The notes under the pieces: generated by a model
Seen by the model: only the letters and a program-made list of their open reading frames with translations
The model's database searches: none
What the model was told of the DNA's origin: nothing
Shown here: piece by piece, positions 62,290 to 64,000 of the stretch
Numbering within the stretch: position 1 is the stretch's first letter
Layout: every line of letters starts with the position of its first letter
Position numbers and translations under genes: made by a program
DNA from: the human T2T-CHM13v2.0 reference genome, Homo sapiens
Length of the DNA: 64,000 nt
Reading direction: 5' to 3' (one strand)
Assembly (NCBI RefSeq): GCF_009914755.1
Contig: NC_060939.1

Positions 62290-62373
62290 ATATATTATAT
62301 ATTTCATAACATATATAATATATAATACATATTATATATTTCATAACATATATAATATATAATACATATTATA
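62290..62373. repeat. 37-bp tandem duplication in U26 (same as in U14)
   Basis: The same motif starts at 62302 and at 62339. Unit length is 2473. Confidence 0.9.
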
Positions 62374-64000
62374 CATCTTATATATGAAAATATGTAATTA
62401 GAGATAAAATAACATATAGTTATATATAATATGATATATAACATATATACTATATCATATATGATATATAATATATAATTTTTTATTACATATTATAATT
62501 CATATATATTATAATTTATATAATGATATAATTATTTATATAATATAAATAATTATACATAATTATATAATTATATATAATATAAATAATAATATATATA
62601 ATTACATATTCATATCGTTATATATAATAATACATTTCATATGTAATTATATATATCATATAATAGACAACACACCTAATATATAATATATAATATATAT
62701 TATACAATATAGGATACATAATATGTATGATATATAAGATATCATAATATAATATATATTTTAACATTATGTATGTAACATGTAATATGTGATATATAAA
62801 ATAAATTATGTAATATAAAATAATATAATATAATATATACTATATTAAGGTATATTATGTAAAGTATGTAATAAAATTATAAGTAACATAATAAATAGTT
62901 ATATATATTATCTTATGTATTTACATAGAGTATTATACAGTTATATATAATTTTAAATTGTTATATATAATTTAATATAAAACAAATATAATATATATCA
63001 TAACATATATATTGTATACCATATATATATTATGTATCATATATTGTATGTTATATATTATATATTCTATATCATATATCATATATTATATGTTATATGT
63101 ATCACATTCCACATTTTGTATATTATAAATTATATACAATATATGACATGTATTATATTATATATAATAAATTATACATTATATGTAACATAGTATATAT
63201 TATATGTAACATGTATATTCTATGTAAAATATATAATATATAACATATTACATATAATTAATAACATAGACATATAATATATATTTAACATATGTACTAT
63301 ATATACAACGTATTATACATATACTATATAATATATATTATATATATGGCATAAAATATAATATATATTATATGTCATATTTTATATATACAATTATATA
63401 TTATTATATGTTATTTTATATTATCTACAACATAGATATAATATATATACCTATAATGTATATTACATATAACGTAGATATTATATATAATATATATAAT
63501 GTATATTATATATAACGTAGATATTATATATAATATATATAATGTATATTATATATTTAATACGTATATTAACCATATAATATATTCTATATATGATATA
63601 TAATATATATTATATATGTCATAAAATATATATATTATATGTCATTGTATAAATATAATACTTATATATTATCAATTATTATATTACATTTAATATATAT
63701 AATATAAGATGCAGGATGTGAGACAATATTATATATATGTTATTTATATTATATATATGATACTATATATTATTGTATACATAATGTGTATATATATTTG
63801 TGGGTGCCCTATTTCCCATCTCATAACTTGTTTTAAGAAGCGCAGCATAATAATGTGTGGGCTTGGGATTCAGTTTTTGAAACAAAACACTGAGCCTTCA
63901 ATGACCTTTCGGTCTATGTAGAAGCGCTCCTGTCTTCGTGGCAGCAGTTGGACCTCACAATGTGGATTGTGCCGTCACCCTGCAATGTTTATGCCCTATC

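Larger units (their letters stand above)
1..64000 (+). repeat. HSat1B/DYZ2-type composite satellite array, ~2.44 kb unit, 26 complete units, all in the same orientation
   Basis: The same anchor recurs at 301, 2741, 5180, 7611, 10044, 12484, 14923, 17356, 19789, 22222, 24662, 27102, 29542, 31975, 34452, 36884, 39324, 41757, 44193, 46625, 49058, 51497, 53929, 56368, 58799, 61236 and 63709 (spacing 2431-2477). Units differ only by scattered SNVs and short indels. The three-part layout (HSATI-like, Alu fragment, AT-rich) and ~2.4 kb period are the known DYZ2/HSat1B architecture. Confidence 0.96.

Noticed and set aside
1-64000. CRISPR-like or other prokaryotic repeat-spacer system; AT-rich organelle or Plasmodium-like DNA
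   Set aside because: There are no unique spacers and no coding genes. The entire 2.44 kb repeats, and the Alu marks the DNA as primate.
1-64000. Inversion, HSat3/DYZ1 (GGAAT)n block, or foreign insertion interrupting the array
   Set aside because: All anchor spacings fall within 2431-2477 bp on the same strand, leaving no room for an insertion or inversion. No GGAAT/CATTC arrays were seen.

Overview
The whole 64 kb window is one uninterrupted head-to-tail array of a ~2.43-2.44 kb composite satellite. It contains 26 complete units plus partial units at both ends. Units U1-U27 are counted from the recurring 'atgcaggatgtga' anchor at 301, 2741, 5180 ... 63709, and unit lengths are 2431-2477 bp. 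Each unit has three parts: a ~570 bp moderately GC-containing segment, a 5'-truncated and heavily decayed Alu (~290 bp, + strand), and a ~1.58 kb extremely AT-rich low-complexity segment. This matches the hominid HSat1B/DYZ2 satellite (human Yq12 heterochromatin and acrocentric short arms). I cannot fix the chromosome or species from sequence alone. No genes are supported; every ORF in the track is a by-product of the repeat. I found no evidence of a new biological system. The informative signal is in how the array evolved: a 4-unit (~9.74 kb) higher-order duplication, single-unit duplications, mosaic units, a variant-domain boundary near 28-30 kb, and relic minisatellite and palindromic structure inside the monomer.
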